From the human T2T-CHM13v2.0 reference genome, Homo sapiens: a DNA stretch of 64,000 nt. Position numbers and translations under genes: made by a program. The stretch's first letter is position 1; each line of letters opens with the position of its first letter. Shown here one piece after another: positions 15,220 through 33,230 of the stretch. Under the pieces are notes generated by a model, which ran no database searches, was not told the DNA's origin, and was given only the letters and a program-made list of their open reading frames with translations. The stretch lies in the NCBI RefSeq assembly GCF_009914755.1, contig NC_060928.1; one strand, 5' to 3'.

Positions 15220-15789
15220 ATTAAAACGGTAAAGAACTTTAGAAACAAATTGTTAAAGAAAATGTATTCCATCCTCTTAACTTGACAAACATACTTGTAT
15301 AATGACCTGGAAGGCCAAGTTCCCATTTGAATTCCCAGACTCCTCAAATTTGAATTCCCAGACTCTGCTTCAGCCTGCCTGCCTCCTATCTGCAGCTCTA
15401 TCTCTCACCCCAGGGAACGTTATGTGGCTGTGGGAGGATGCCCTAGTTCAAGCTCCAGCCATACCCCCTGTAAGCAGCACCTCTTAGCTATCCCGTGGGC
15501 TGAGGGATACACAGCCAGTGGCACCATCCCACTGTCAGGAGCACAGCCTAGGGAAGAGTTCCATGCAGGCTGTGAGAGGGACCCTTTGGTGACCTGGAGA
15601 GTATTCTAGAATGGAGATGTGGGCTCTGGTGGGACCATTTCTTGGGCCTGGGGACTCCCCTGTGTTGAAGCCTAAAGGCAGTGTTGGATTTCCCTGCCCT
15701 CTGAGGGCTTATTGTCTTCTGAGTCACATCAGCATAAGGAGAGAGAGTGTAGAGAGGACACTCCCATGTTTTAAAAGCCTTGCCTAGAA

Positions 15790-15845
15790 ATGATGCACAT
15801 CATCCCTGCTGACAGTCATGATGCACATCTTCTCTGCTGACAGTC
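15790..15845. repeat. 28-bp tandem duplication (2 mismatches)
   Basis: atgatgcacatcatccctgctgacagtc / atgatgcacatcttctctgctgacagtc. Confidence 0.9.
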
Positions 15846-15983
15846 CATTGGCTGAAACTCAGACCCCATCATGGAAATATAAGGAATTACTATCGTTACT
15901 ATTTTACTAGATTGATTCTAGGATGGCAACAGGCATGGCGATGCGGTGTTTGATAAAGGTTAAAGAGAAACTAATCATTTTCG

Positions 15984-16272
15984 GCTGGGCGCGATGGCAC
16001 ACCTGTAATCCCAGCACTTTGGGAGGCCAAGGTAGGCAGATCACTTGAGGTCAGGAGTTTGAGACCAGCCTGGCCAACATGGCGAAACCCTGTCTCTACA
16101 AAAAATACAAAAATTAGCAGGGAGTGGTGGCGTGTACCTATAGTCCCAGCTACTCAGGAGACAGGCAGGAGAATCGCTTGAACCCGGGAGGCGGAGGTTC
16201 CAGTGAGCCAAGATTGCACCACTGCACTCCAGCCTGGGCAGCAGAATGAGACCCGTCTCAAAAAAAAAAAAG
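15984..16272 (+). mobile_element. AluS element
   Basis: Dimer, TSD aaactaatcattttc. Confidence 0.94.
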
Positions 16273-17335
16273 AACAGAAAAACTAATCATTTTCATCACC
16301 ATTATACTCCACAGTTAGGAATAGTAAACAAAAATCTTCACAATGGCAGCACACACCTCCTTTCAAGGAAAAGATTTATAAGACAGCCTCTCTACCCTGT
16401 GTCCTGAACAACACTCAGCACTGTGCCAAGCATATAGTCAGCATTCCATAAATACTTATGGAGAAGTGTGTGATTATGTCATATTTATTATTGGATTGAA
16501 CTAAAGATTCAATGCACATGGCCTTGGCATAATGCAATGAGCTAGGAGAAAGCAGGAGAGATGCTATAGTGGAAAGATGCTGACAAAAGAGTGCTTCGCT
16601 AAAGAAAACCCTTCCCAGGGGTGCCCCAAATGGAAAACCCCAATGCTCTCCCTTCCAGATGATTGCCATCCGCCAGAAGACATAGGCAAACACAAATGTT
16701 CCACAGGTCTGCATACCTTTTCACTAAGCATGGTATTCAAACACATTTATTCAATAATTAATGTTAGAAAACTGCAGTTTAGAAAATAGACCTGAAGCCT
16801 AAGAATACGTTGATGCACATCTGGGACCCTGACCCCTAAACATGAGTGTGCGAGCTGAAATGAAGAGTCTGAGAAGGTCAGGGCAGAACGGAGTGGCGTG
16901 CAGCCATGAGTCTGGGCACATTTACTTCCACCTGCTGAACTCCACGCTAATGGGTTTTGTGTTGATGACTTCCTGCAGAGCTTCCTCCCAGAGCCTCAGT
17001 GCTGGCTGCATTATGCCCTGGCAATGAGCTTTAGCAACTTTTAGGAAAATGGTGTCCTGGTATCCCAGATGCCCTCTCTACCTCTCTCAGTTATCCCGAT
17101 GTGCTCATCTATTACCACAATGAATATTAAAACCTATTCCAAAGAGGACTACGGCTCCACCGCTGTCTCTCTCGCCAGAGCAAGAGTTTGACCTGCAGAA
17201 TGAAAAAATAAAACTTTACTACTTTATACTTATACTTAATATTTTATAAGGTGCCTTCCCTGTGCCCTTTTACCATTTTGGAAATTCAAATCAATCTTCA
17301 GAGAATGAGCGGCCATCTGTACAAATAATGTTCTG

Positions 17336-17615
17336 TTTTTTTTGAAACAGGATCTTGCTGGAGTGCAGTGGCACAATCATAGTTCACTGCAGCCTCAAAC
17401 TCCTGGGCTCAAGCAGTCCTCTTACCTCAGCCTCTTGAGCAACTGAGACCACAGGCGTGCACCAGCATTCCTGGCTAATTTTCTTAAAATTTTTTATAGA
17501 GATGGGGTCTCACTATGTTGATTGCTTGAGCCCTCAAACTCCTGGGCTCAAGTGATCCTCCCGCCTCAGCCTCCCAAAATGCTGGGATTACAGGGGTGAA
17601 CCACCATGCCTGGCC
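17336..17615 (-). mobile_element. AluJ element
   Basis: atcatagttcactgcagcctcaaactcctgggctcaag J-type motif; TSD tgtacaaataat. Confidence 0.9.
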
Positions 17616-17945
17616 TGTACAAATAATTGTTAACTGTATACAGAGGATAGTTTCAAAAGAGGGGCTCTAAAGACAGTGAGCAGGGAAGACGTCAGTCCCA
17701 GCATCACCTCCTCTGTGAAGCCCTCCCTGTGTGTACCCTCTCAGTTCCCCAAGGGGGAAGGACAGTGCCCTTCCTAGTGCTTCCCTCCACTGTACCCTCC
17801 TCTCATGCCTGTCATAGTTGTTCTTGGTTGACACAGCCTCACTCCTTTAGCCTGCAAGATGTTGGAGAAGAAAAATGTGTCTTGTGCATTTTTGTAAACC
17901 CAGTGTGATAACTGACATCTAGCAAGTATATATGTGCATCTATAG

Positions 17946-18293
<348 letters not shown>

Positions 18294-18329
18294 GTATGCA
18301 TGTATATTTATAAGTATTGAGCATCACTC

Positions 18330-18720
18330 TAAGTATTTTAAGTAGATTACTTCATTTAACCCTCAAAACAACCTTATAAGGAGGTGCAATTAGTTTCCAT
18401 TTTATGGATAAAGAAGCTGAGGCATTAAAAGGTTAAATAAGTTACCGAAGGTCATAGTAAGTGAGGAGCTGACATTTGACTGCAGGGTTGATGTCAAACT
18501 GCGTTTTTAACCACTGTGATAGAAGAGCTACCACCACCATTTATGCAGCACATACTGTGTGCAGTTGTGCAAAGTATTTCACATTTTGTATCTCATTTAC
18601 TCCACAAAGAATCTCCCTTTAAAAATGAGAAAACTGAGACCCAGAGAGCTTATCTAACTTGCACAAAGTTGCACAGTTAACATGCATCAAGCCAACATTC
18701 AACCCAGCGATACCTCCCAC
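18330..18720 (-). mobile_element. Two MIR fragments
   Basis: catttaaccctca...aaggtcatag and atgagaaaactgagacccagagag motifs. Confidence 0.65.
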
Positions 18721-18778
18721 ACCATGAATCACTTTTGTCCTGGGAAAACTGGGGACCGCTGTGTGTAAACGTTATTAA

Positions 18779-18958
<180 letters not shown>

Positions 18959-19263
18959 TAACTTAAATAGCAAGACAAACTGTTGGCATAATCCTTACGA
19001 AACTGCTGTTAATGAACACAGCCCTTTGAATTACTTAATTCAAGTGCTCCTCCTCCATGCTTCCAAAAGACACTGTGCATCTGCTCTTGTTACAGGAGCT
19101 GGTCACATTGATTTATAAGACTCTCTTTCACTGGTCGGGAACTCCTATTGGTCCTCTGGTGTTCGGCACAATCCCTGGCACATCACAGGCATGCAGTAAA
19201 TGTGAATGCATATAGTCAGATAAACAAAGACTGCAATGTGCTAAGCAGAGCCCTGATGACTAG

Positions 19264-19574
<311 letters not shown>

Positions 19575-22512
19575 TATGCTGCCACTTATAATTTTTATCT
19601 GCATGTGAAAGTTATTTAGTGTGATTAATGTTGATGGTGGGCAAATCTTTCCCTGAATTTTTTTGTATATTTTTCTTATTCCTTTTAATTTATAGGTGTA
19701 AGAGTTCGGGTATATTTGCAGGTGTCCTACGCTCTACCTAAAAAGTTCAGTTCTGACAAAGTCTGTACCATTTTCTGACAGTGCACCAGGGCATGCTACA
19801 TCAGGTTGGCAACCACACTTCCCAATAATCTTCCACCCAGATGATAACTTGACCTCAAGGAGATTAGAACTTATTTTATGAGAAGCAAGGCTTCCTTAAG
19901 AGGGGAAAACTTATTCTCTGGGTTGGGCATGGTTAATGATTCCTTTAGGTTGTCCATTTGGGAGCAGAAGAGAGTAAAACATTTGCTATGTACTTGAAGA
20001 GAGATTTCTTACTGATGTCATAACCACCGACCCACAGTTGTTTTGTGTAGGTTATGCTGAAAGGTCAGACAACCTCAGAGACAGGTCTGGCTTCTCCTAG
20101 GACCTTTGGAAGGGTCCCATTTGAAACATTTTCACCATTTTCTTGCTATATGGCGTTAAACAAGTTATATACCCTTTCTGAAATGCAGTATCTTCACTTG
20201 TAAAATGGAGACAATGATATATATATCAGGTTCAAGAGCTGTTGTAGGGGGTCATGTTAGATAATATATCTAAAAACATATATTACAGTGCCTGGCACAC
20301 AGAACTGCTCGAAAATGTTAGCTGTGCTTATTACTTAAAGTGCGAACACAATGCCAGGAAAAAGTAAAGGTGCAATAAAGTATAACTTTCATGTATTATT
20401 ATGCTCGTTGTTATTACCCGGCATGCAAAGTAATGAGAATGTGCATTCTTAAATCGCTGGCAGTGTTTTGTGCCTGATGTGTTACATTCTTTTAATCAAA
20501 GCTCTGACACAAGAGCTCAAATGCTTGAGCCTTGATGTTCAGGGCGAAATTATTCTAGGCATTCAGAAACTGTCATTTAGACACCCTTTCCCTCTTTAGC
20601 TCCACACACTGACCTTACATGCCTTCAGCTTAATGAGATTTATGCTCATTGCATCAAAATAAAAGAATCAATTATACTGAAGCATAGAAAGAGGCCGTAT
20701 CAGAGACAGTTGGGAATCATGTTTTTGAGCATTAGTATGTTCCTCCCGGAGTCACAAAGGATGACAGCCTTGTCTTTGTTTTTCTAATGAAGAAACTAAA
20801 ACACTAGCTGTCAAAGGTCATGTAGCTCGCCTTGTGGACCCAGGATGAACTAATAGATGCCCCTTTCCCAGACTAGCAATCACCAAAAAGAATCAAGCTA
20901 TTTCTCTTCAAGAGTCATGGTGTCTGAGGTAGACCTTGGTCCTATTAAGGGTGTCATTTAGAAAGGACAAAAAGAGAATCCCAGATTCCCCCCAACATCA
21001 AGGAGATATTGTTGCCAATGCAACTAAAGAAATATTGCATCCCCAACTGGTGCTATTCCTTGGAGGGGAAACTTAATTTCAACTTAAATAGAAAATGTTG
21101 CTGTAAGTGATGTGTTCTAGTCTTAGTGTAGACCTTCAGTAAATTCAGTTTCTTTAAATACACATTCACATATACACATAGAAAAACCTGAAGTGCGAAC
21201 AGCATGCTTTAGCAATGGTAGGTTTGCCTCGCCTTAATTTGACAAAACCCTGTTATCTCCCATAATATATCAATTTTCCCAAGAGGGCATCTCCAGATTT
21301 TCAAAACACTGTTAATGTTAATTAACTTAATTTAATAAATAAATGTCCTTCAGAAACTTAATGAAGAACTGGGAGAAAAGAATAGACGTTGTCATTAAAT
21401 CAATCCAATTATCGAGTGTCACAACCCCAGAAAGGTTCAGGGATTATGCAAAAGCTGTCGTAAGGAATCTTTGCAGTGGGGGAAATCCAGGAGCAATCCA
21501 GCAGAAAATCTAGGAGCAAAATTCTGGAAGAAAACTGAGCATTTTCATCCATTTTTTTCCTTGTAAGCATTATGTTCCTAAAAGCCCCCTAACAACTAAA
21601 TAATTTATTTGGTACTCTCAGAAAATGTAATAAACTATCATTTTTTAGATGAATTTAATATCAGTCTCCTCTGCATTTAATAATGTTAGCTAATGATTTG
21701 CATGTTTGTTTTTCCAGCAGAGTGTAATTTTATCACACTGCCATAGATCCCTTAATGTGATTTACCATGGCTGAGAAGAGATTTTAAAAGGCCATTTTCT
21801 ATTTTTATTGCTTCGGTGAAGATCTTCTTGGCCATGTGTACAGACCAAGAGTTGTAGTAATAGGTATTGTTTGTTGCAATATTTATTATCATCTGTTTTT
21901 ATCAACCTCCATTTTTCTCTATGATTTTTTTTTTTCCAAAATAGTTTCTAAAACTTGCTTTGTATGTTTTACAGAATTAATACACCTTTAAAAGCTGGAG
22001 CTCTACAAAGTGCTTGTATCTTAATTTAGTGTTGATTCCTCCCAAATACTTTTAATCTCCCTATGTTTGTATCAGTGTAGCACATAATTTGTTTACATAA
22101 AACTTTGTGTTTACAAAACACTTTCACGTTTGTTGCAGTATTTGGTCCTTACAACAGCTGTAAAGAGGATATGAGTGGGTTTTATTGTCCTCAATTTTCA
22201 GAGGAGGCAGTGGAAGCTGAGGAAGCTCTGTGACTGGCCCCAGGCCACAGAACTACCAGATGCAGGAGCTGGGTAGAATCCATGCCTTCCAAGTCCCAGC
22301 CCAGAACTCTCTGTGCTCTGCAACACTGCCTCATACAGAGTGAGGGGCAGGCAGTTTGGGAAGAGACCTTGTCGATGCTGCCCAGGTGTGCCCAGCCCCT
22401 CTCACTGTCCCTCCCTGGGGAAGACTAGACCAAGACCTCTGCCCAGCAGAGAGAATCTCAGCTTCTGATGGAATCAATCTAGCTCTCTAGCTCTGTCTCT
22501 CTCTCTCTCCCC

Positions 22513-22810
22513 TTTTTTTTTTTTTTCCAGATAGAGTCTCATTCTGTTGGCCAGGCTGGAGTACAGTGGTGCAATCTCAGCTCACTTCAACCTCCGCCCT
22601 CCCGGGTTCAAGTGATTCTCCTGCCTCAGCCTCCCAAGTAGCTGGGATTACAGGCACATGCCACCACACCTGGCAAATTTTTGTACCTTTAGTAGAGATG
22701 GGGTTTCACCACGTTGGCCAGGCTGGTCTCCATCTCCTGACCTCAAGTGATCCAACCACGTTGGCCTCCTAAAGTGCTAGGATTACAGGCGTGAGCCACT
22801 GTGCCAGGCC
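22513..22810 (-). mobile_element. AluS element flanked by (CT)n
   Basis: Antisense dimer with poly-T. Confidence 0.93.
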
Positions 22811-22818
22811 CTCTCTAT

Positions 22819-22856
22819 CTATCTCTGAGACTGTCTCTCTATCTCTGAGACTGTCT
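22819..22856. repeat. 20-bp period tandem duplication
   Basis: ctatctctgagactgtct occurs twice. Confidence 0.85.
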
Positions 22857-23271
22857 AGCCCTCCAGCTCTCCCTTTGTGTGATTAATGCATTCTCTTTCT
22901 TGAAGGCTCTGTTCAGGCATCACCTCCTCCAGGAACCCTGCTTCACACCCCTCTGAGAACTGGATTATATGCTGCAAAAGCCCCCTTAGAGCACTTACCT
23001 CTTTGGGTTAAAACGATTTGCTTGTTGTGGCTTCGTCATGAGCAAAGACAGCCGTCTCTGCCTCCTCCCTGCGCACACCTGCCTCACTCTGCTGCAGCCA
23101 CGCTGACGTCCTTGCTGCTCCCATGGATGAACCAGGCATACTCCCTCCTGGACTCTACTCTTGCTACACTGCAGCTGGAAGGCTCTTCCCCCCTGACATC
23201 TTGTAGCTGGCTCATTGCTCTCCTCCTCTAGCACATTACTCAATTGTCACCTTCTTAGTTAGCTTCCCTCC

Positions 23272-24035
<764 letters not shown>

Positions 24036-25250
24036 CTACTTATCTGTTTTGATTATTGATCTGTTTCCCTCATGAGAATAGATGAGTTATAGGTAATAAT
24101 AAGCGGATCTAAGCTAAATGTTTTGAATAAATACCTACAAGCTATGCCAGGCTATCTTCGTGGGCTGCAGATCAACCATTTTGTCCATAAAACAGAAAAT
24201 AGCATCTCCAGACAAGGGCTGGATGCAGTGTTTCTCACATGGCTTAGTCCCCTCTTCAAGGCTCTGCCTTCCCCCACTGGCATAAGCCACAGTATTTTCT
24301 TCTTAGAGAGTTCTGAGATCATGTAGTCAGGTGAGATAAATGATGCCTTTATTCTCCCCCAAACTGGTAATAAATCCATGTGGAATCCATTCTTTGGCAC
24401 CTTTCAGAACTGTTAAAAATGGCATGGCCTTGCAGATACTTTAAAAGAGAAAAATAAGATTGTAATCTTTAACAATCTCTTTATTGCCCACAATGATCCT
24501 AATTTTTTTATTTTATGATATTTGATATTTTAATACGTATACTGTCTGTTATATATATTAATATATCATATTATATATTAGGCAATGTATTAATAAATCA
24601 TTCTGTAAATATTCATTTTAGCACCTATGATATGTGAGGTATTGTGTTAGATACTCTAGGATTCAAGAGTGAGCAGAAGAAATACTGTCTCTGTCCCTCA
24701 GTAGCTTCCAGGGTGAAAGGAAGACAGATCATTAAGAAATATTGTAGGACCAGCCAGGTATCCTAGGGAACCTTGGGAAATTTCTCCAGAGAGATGGTTG
24801 AGACTAATTCGGTTTATTCAGCACTGTGGCTCTGTGGACATAAAAGGGCACCTGGGTACCATTAGGGTTGCAATGCTAAGCATAACAATATCGAAGTCAT
24901 AAATATGATGTTGTCCCAGGTCTCTTAGGCCTGAGAAAGGTCATGCCTTTGTTCATCCCAGTCCTTCTTTCAGCAAATAGCTGCTGACCACCTACAGCTG
25001 TGAACAAGACAAGCGAGGTCCCTCCCTGACCTCTTGTTGCCTTTGGGTTGTCCTGGGGGTGTCCCTGCTGGAGCTGCCAAACAGCAAGACTTCAGCGGCC
25101 CTGCACCCGGATGCATCTGCTGCCTCACTGCCATGCTCACGAATGGAAGACATTCATCTTTGCCCAGCGGCTGGCGGGCAGGCTGCTACAACCTCCACTT
25201 AGTCTACCCCAGCTGCAGGCTGTAATGTTGGGGGAGCTGCCACATCCTGA

Positions 25251-25400
<150 letters not shown>

Positions 25401-25531
25401 TGATTTATAGTTTCTGGTTAAAAAAAAACAGTGCAGGGGAGAGTCTCTGTTGTAAAGTTCCAGAGATGCACCTGAAATGGAAAACCCCCAAATCTTATGT
25501 GGCATAGTGCCGGGAGAGGAGTTTGAGGTCA

Positions 25532-25845
<314 letters not shown>

Positions 25846-27451
25846 GGAAAAAACGAAAAGATCTGAGGAGGCAACATAATGGAATGTGGTGGTGGAGAAC
25901 ATGCTAGACTGTGTCATGAGATCTGCATTTTAGTTGTAATTTTACTAGTAATTACCTTGTAACCTTGAATAAGTCACTTACCTTTTCATGGCAAAATAGA
26001 ATGTTATGTCGGAGCAGTAGTTATCATCAGGTTAGGGCAGGGAAAAAGGGTGCAGAATCACCAAGAGGCTTTTTTCAAATTTCACCCCGCCCCCCTTCTA
26101 AAGAAACATGCCAGAATTAGGTAGAGAGAGGCACGTCAGCCAGGTAAACCCCACAGTTCCTCCCACCTGGAGCACAGGGGCTGCATCATGTCTAAGACCA
26201 TTCCAGCTTTAACAATCTGGGTTCCTCTAATAATACCACAGTGTGTTTTGCAAGTTAGTACAAGGTCTTGCTGTGAAGTTTCTTTAGAGGCCATGATCAT
26301 TAATTACTTAAAACTGCATGATGTTTTTCCATTCTCTCTCTCTCTCTTTCTTTCTTCTTTTTAGCAAGCAGTGGTTTACATAGGTACTCACTTATCCAGG
26401 TGGGTGAGGAAAAGGGCAGAATGAGGAGGTGAGATGAGTAATTTCTTTATCTCTGATGGGGGTCACTGATTCTGGCAGGTCAGTGACTTGAACACAGTGG
26501 GAAGTTGCCTCATTCATCTCCGTGCAGCATCTGCCACTGCTCAGAGGGGGCATGTGGTGGCTCTGAGATTCCACTGGCTTATTTGCTTAGGGTTAAATCT
26601 TTGTCTGTAATAGAGGACACACTGAGGACAGTTTTGCTGGGTTTTCTCTCCCCAGATCTTCTTGCTGTTAACTTACCATTCAACACTCTGATATTTTTAA
26701 CTTTGGCGTGTAAGATTTAACGTGGGAAGTAAGTTTAGTGTAAGCCCCAAAACAACTTTTACTTAAGCAAACAGCTTAAACTATAATGATAAAATTGGAG
26801 TGAGTCTGCCCCTTCGTTCTAAATTCAGGGAATAACAGGCAGGGGAGGAGGTTTCTGATTGTTTAATTTAGCCATGATTTTGCAGGGCACAGAGTGCGTA
26901 AACTGCACTCATGTGAAATTAAACTAGACACAGAGCAGCACCAGACCTTTCCAGCAGCGCTTCTCTTCTCCCCCTTGAGGGTGGAAGACCTGTCATGAAT
27001 CAAGAAACGCAGAGCCCTTCTTCACCTTCCCAGCATGATACATTGTTAGGTTCATGAAACATGAAGAGCTTCCTGAAATATATCAGATGAGGACATTTGC
27101 TGTAGCCGCGGCCCCATGGCTCAATTTCTAACACATATTTTTAAAAATACTATTATTCTTTTATAGATGGTCATGAAAAGTGAAAAATATACCATAGATT
27201 TTTCAATGTGACTGTCATTTTTATTCTTATCTGAATATCATTTTTAAATGCTTTTTGAAGAGTCCTCAGGCTTGCATTGTTCTTTCCATACCTTCTGTTC
27301 TGTCCCTCTTTTCTACTTTATATTTACCAGAAAGCAACAACAAGGTTATCTTTTTAGGGGGTTGAAAAATTGCCCCGTCATCCTCCAAACATACAGAGAT
27401 CCATTCTTGAAGGCTTAGAGACACTTGATTCTAGTCTTGGGGTTGGAATGA

Positions 27452-27679
<228 letters not shown>

Positions 27680-27788
27680 TAGATTGTCTGCCTACAAGGT
27701 AATAAGAGTGTGTTCATTTTATTAGCAGCTTAATTTTAATTGAGGAGAGGCCATTTCTTTTTCATTTGTTCCGTGTTATAGAAATATA

Positions 27789-27955
27789 AGTTTGAGACCA
27801 GCCTGGCCAACATGGTGAAACCCTGTCTCTAGTAAAAATACAAAATAATAATAATAATAATTAGCAGGGCGTGGTGGCGTGTGCCTGTACTCTCAGCTAC
27901 TTGGGAGGCTGAGGTATGAGAATTGCTTAAACCTGGGCGGTGGAGGTTGCAGTGA
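27789..27955 (+). mobile_element. Internal Alu fragment
   Basis: gtttgagaccagcctggcc...ggttgcagtga, both ends missing; (AAT)n middle tract. Confidence 0.88.
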
Positions 27956-28220
27956 TTAGATCACTGTAAGGAAAAATATCCATTGAGCTCTGTTCATTCA
28001 GCCGGCCTTCCACACACCTTCTTTAGCACCTGCCTGTTTTGTACCCAGCATTGCTGTAAGCACTGGGGATGCAGCTGTGAACAGACCTGCCACATCCGTG
28101 GGGGCTTTACAGCCCTTCCTGGCAACATTACACTTAAAGTCTTAGATATGCTTGTAATCATCAGGTTAACTATTTCGGGTTATATTTGGGGTATTTTTGA
28201 AAGAATTATATCACTTCTAA

Positions 28221-28430
<210 letters not shown>

Positions 28431-28539
28431 TAAGTAAATGTTACTTTAAATTCTTATTTTCCCAGTTTTATATATAGGTACCATTCAGATACACACATAC
28501 ACACCCACACCCTCTAAGCCACTAGAAGATTCAGGTTTC

Positions 28540-28851
28540 TTTTTGTTTGTTTTTGTTTTTTGTTTTGTTGAGACGGGATCTCACTCTGTCACCCAGACTG
28601 GAGTGCAATGGCATGATCATGACTCACTGCAGCCCCAAACTCCTGGGCTCACGTGACCCTCCTGCCTCAGTCTCCCCTGGAGTTGGGACCACAGGTGCGT
28701 GCCACCACATCCAGCTAATTTTTTAATTAATTGCAGAGACCAGGCCTGGCCACGTTGCCCAGGCTGGTCTCAAACTCCTGAGCTCAAGCAGTCCTCCTGC
28801 CTCAGCCTCCTAAAGTGCTACGATTACAGGCATGAGCCACCATACCTGGCC
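28540..28851 (-). mobile_element. AluJ element
   Basis: J-type motifs, TSD aagattca. Confidence 0.9.
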
Positions 28852-28902
28852 AAAGATTCAAATTTCAAGTCAACCAATTCCATTGTTCTACGGTCATCTT
28901 AA

Positions 28903-29205
<303 letters not shown>

Positions 29206-29676
29206 AGAAATAAGGATTTCTTTAGCAAGTGCATTATGTTAGCAAGAAGAAGACTTAACTAGCCATTCTAGGAATTATTTATGAAGAGATTTAAGGGAAA
29301 ACACACTAAATCATTGCATGAGGCGTGAAAGTACTTATTTAATAGATCAAAGTCTTAGAAGTAAAACCTTTTGAGGGTAATTACATTTTCAACATATACA
29401 TGAATAGAGAAAGGACACTTTAATGTAACTTCTAGCTAGATTCACAAAATAGGCAAATACACTCCACTGCTCCTGGGGACTTATACCAGGTCTCCACGTT
29501 CCAAACTCCAGTGATGACGGTCACTAATATTAACCAGTTCACTGTGGGTTGTATGTGTGCATGTATGTGTTGTCCTATATCATGTTCTTCAATAAATAAT
29601 AGCTATTATCATTAGTTTATTAAGTAAAATTAAAATATATGTGTAACATATATGAATATGCAATCTAGTGAATATA

Positions 29677-29725
29677 CATGAAAATAGTTGATATGGAGCA
29701 TTCATGAAAATAGTTGGTATGGAGC
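29677..29725. repeat. 26-bp period tandem duplication
   Basis: catgaaaatagttg(a/g)tatggagc x2. Confidence 0.88.
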
Positions 29726-30449
29726 TGAAAAATAAGCCTTTAACTTTTATGCACATGACTGTATACTGTGATGTGGAAAATTAACATAGGCCTAAGTACC
29801 CTCGTATTATTAGACAGACACAGGAGCCAAAATAGAGCCCCTGAAAATATCCAGGGATGGACACACACAGGTCTCAGCACACTCAATTTGCTAGCTAACT
29901 AGTCTTTGCTTATTACTGCTTTGACATTGTCGGTTGGGGAGTAAGTTTTTAGTGGAAAGATCTTCCAAAAAGTCAGCATTAGTGTCTTTGTACTGGCGGC
30001 ATTTTTCCTCACTTGTAAAGATCCGTCATCTAGTCTAGATTTCCATATCTAAGGATATAAAAATCAAAGTTATTATAAGAACCACAGAATCCCCACCTTA
30101 ATATTCCTAGAAAGAATAGGCACTTGCCTAAACATTTAGAAGGAAGAGGAAAGGACAAAGTCAGGGAAGTTGAAAATGCTGAGGACAATCTCTAGGTACT
30201 GGTTTATCTTTGCAGTACTAATTGGAAAGAAGAGGGCCAAAGTTCAGAAGCCCCTAGGTATGGATAGTGACCTTACTCTTTGCTCCTTTCTGATTCCTAG
30301 CCCTGATTGTCCTGACCTTACCAAGCTGCACCCAGTCCCTGATTTGCCTGTACAATAAGTGCCTCCCCACCCACCTGCCCAAGAACGTAGACTGAATGGC
30401 TCTGGGATATCTCCTGGCTTTACTCTTGGCCCTTTCTGCAGACAATTTT

Positions 30450-30486
30450 TGGATGGATGGGTGGGTGGGTGGATGGATGGGTGGAT
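30450..30486. repeat. (GGAT/GGGT)n tetranucleotide repeat
   Basis: tggatggatgggtgggtgggtggatggatgggtggat. Confidence 0.9.
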
Positions 30487-30972
30487 ATAGCTCATAAAAC
30501 CTATATATATTAGATAAGGCCTCTTTTATCAAAGCAAAACTTACCTCTACTGACTTTACTAGATATTTTAACATATAAGATTCTTAACTTGGGGTTATCA
30601 TTCCCATAGCATTTTAATCACTATTCATGAGTGCTGTATGCACTAACTGATAGAAAAATATCAGACATTACCTACATTACTAGGTAATCAGATTGTTTTC
30701 AGTTTTTGTCATCATCCATAGTGTTAGGATAAATGTTGTTTTTGTTAAATATTTGTGTGTATCTTGCATTGTTTTCTTGGGATAAAGTTCTAGAAGTGGA
30801 ATGCCAGCATAAACTTGGAATTTTGATATCAGTATTAAAAACACATTCTACATATTCTACAGGATCTTTATTTTGAATCATATAATAAAAACATAATCAA
30901 ACTATCCAGAGACACCTGAGTTTGAATCCCTCCTCTCCTGCAGGTCCTAAACAGGTTACCTAACTTTCTTAC

Positions 30973-31268
<296 letters not shown>

Positions 31269-31711
31269 ACCTAACTTTCTTAAATGTCCGATTTTCCATC
31301 TATATAAAATGGAAATAATAATATAACCCATAAGGTCACCCTGAGGATTAAATATGATTAGGCACACAAAAGTGCTTAACATAGTGCCTCAGTGAATGCT
31401 CATGATTATTTTGAAATGACCAAAAAGCTGGAAACCAGCCGTCTGGCCAGAGTGTATAAGCTCTACACATGTGGAGCTCAAGCCTGATATTTTCCTGCAC
31501 ATGATTTTGATTCTAAAAGAGGTCAAGTGAGTTGGATGATTATTCTTTAATTAAGCATGGAAAGAAAACCAGGATTAGATTAAACTGTGATTGCGAATCA
31601 TGGAAGATGATTAAGGAAAACCGCCTGACTGCACATTTCTGTAGAGCATCTTCAAGCATGTGTGGCATTCTTTTAAATGTCATACTGAATTAGTATCAGA
31701 AATGGTCGTGA

Positions 31712-31858
<147 letters not shown>

Positions 31859-32075
31859 TGAATTTTTTTCACCTTTTTTAAGGGAAGTATGTCTGTGAGG
31901 AAATGTGGAGATGCAGCGCCTTCTTTAGTAGCTCCATAAAACTGAAGCTATGCCATGATGTAAGCTGAAGTCAGGCCAAGAGTAACTTCTCTAAGGACAG
32001 GCAGCTTAGGACTCTCCTGACTGGGTTCTAGCCTTGAATCTGCCATCTCAGTCTTACAAGATGTTGGGTGAGTGA

Positions 32076-32447
<372 letters not shown>

Positions 32448-32593
32448 TGTTTGTTTTTTTTAAAGTGTCAGATGAAGGTTCCTTTTATTACTTAATATCT
32501 GTGATGTATGTACTTCAGAATCTCTGGTAAAATTATTAATTTTGAATATTCACTGTTGCCCTCAGAGCCTACTTTATAAGCCATGCAAGATAA

Positions 32594-32901
<308 letters not shown>

Positions 32902-33230
32902 AGAGATAAGAGTTTTCTTTGCTTCATTGTGGCACTTGACTTTAACCAAAAGAAAAAAATGTTACTGATTGGCTCAAGTGTTTCTATTATCAGGGTAACA
33001 AGTCTGAAAGGCTCAGCATTTACTTGGAGGTATGGCCTCTGGTTATTTTCTTTGGAAATCAGTCATGTTATTTAGCTTCACCTTAGTAGGCGCAGAGAAA
33101 AGTGGAAAATATTCCCTTTCACCTTCCTGTTTTTTCTCTTTAAAACACTGGATGCAAAGTCTAATGATGTTCTCCATGAGAAACAGCAGGTTTACTTCTT
33201 ATTCTAATTAGGTTGTTTTCTTGGTTTCAA

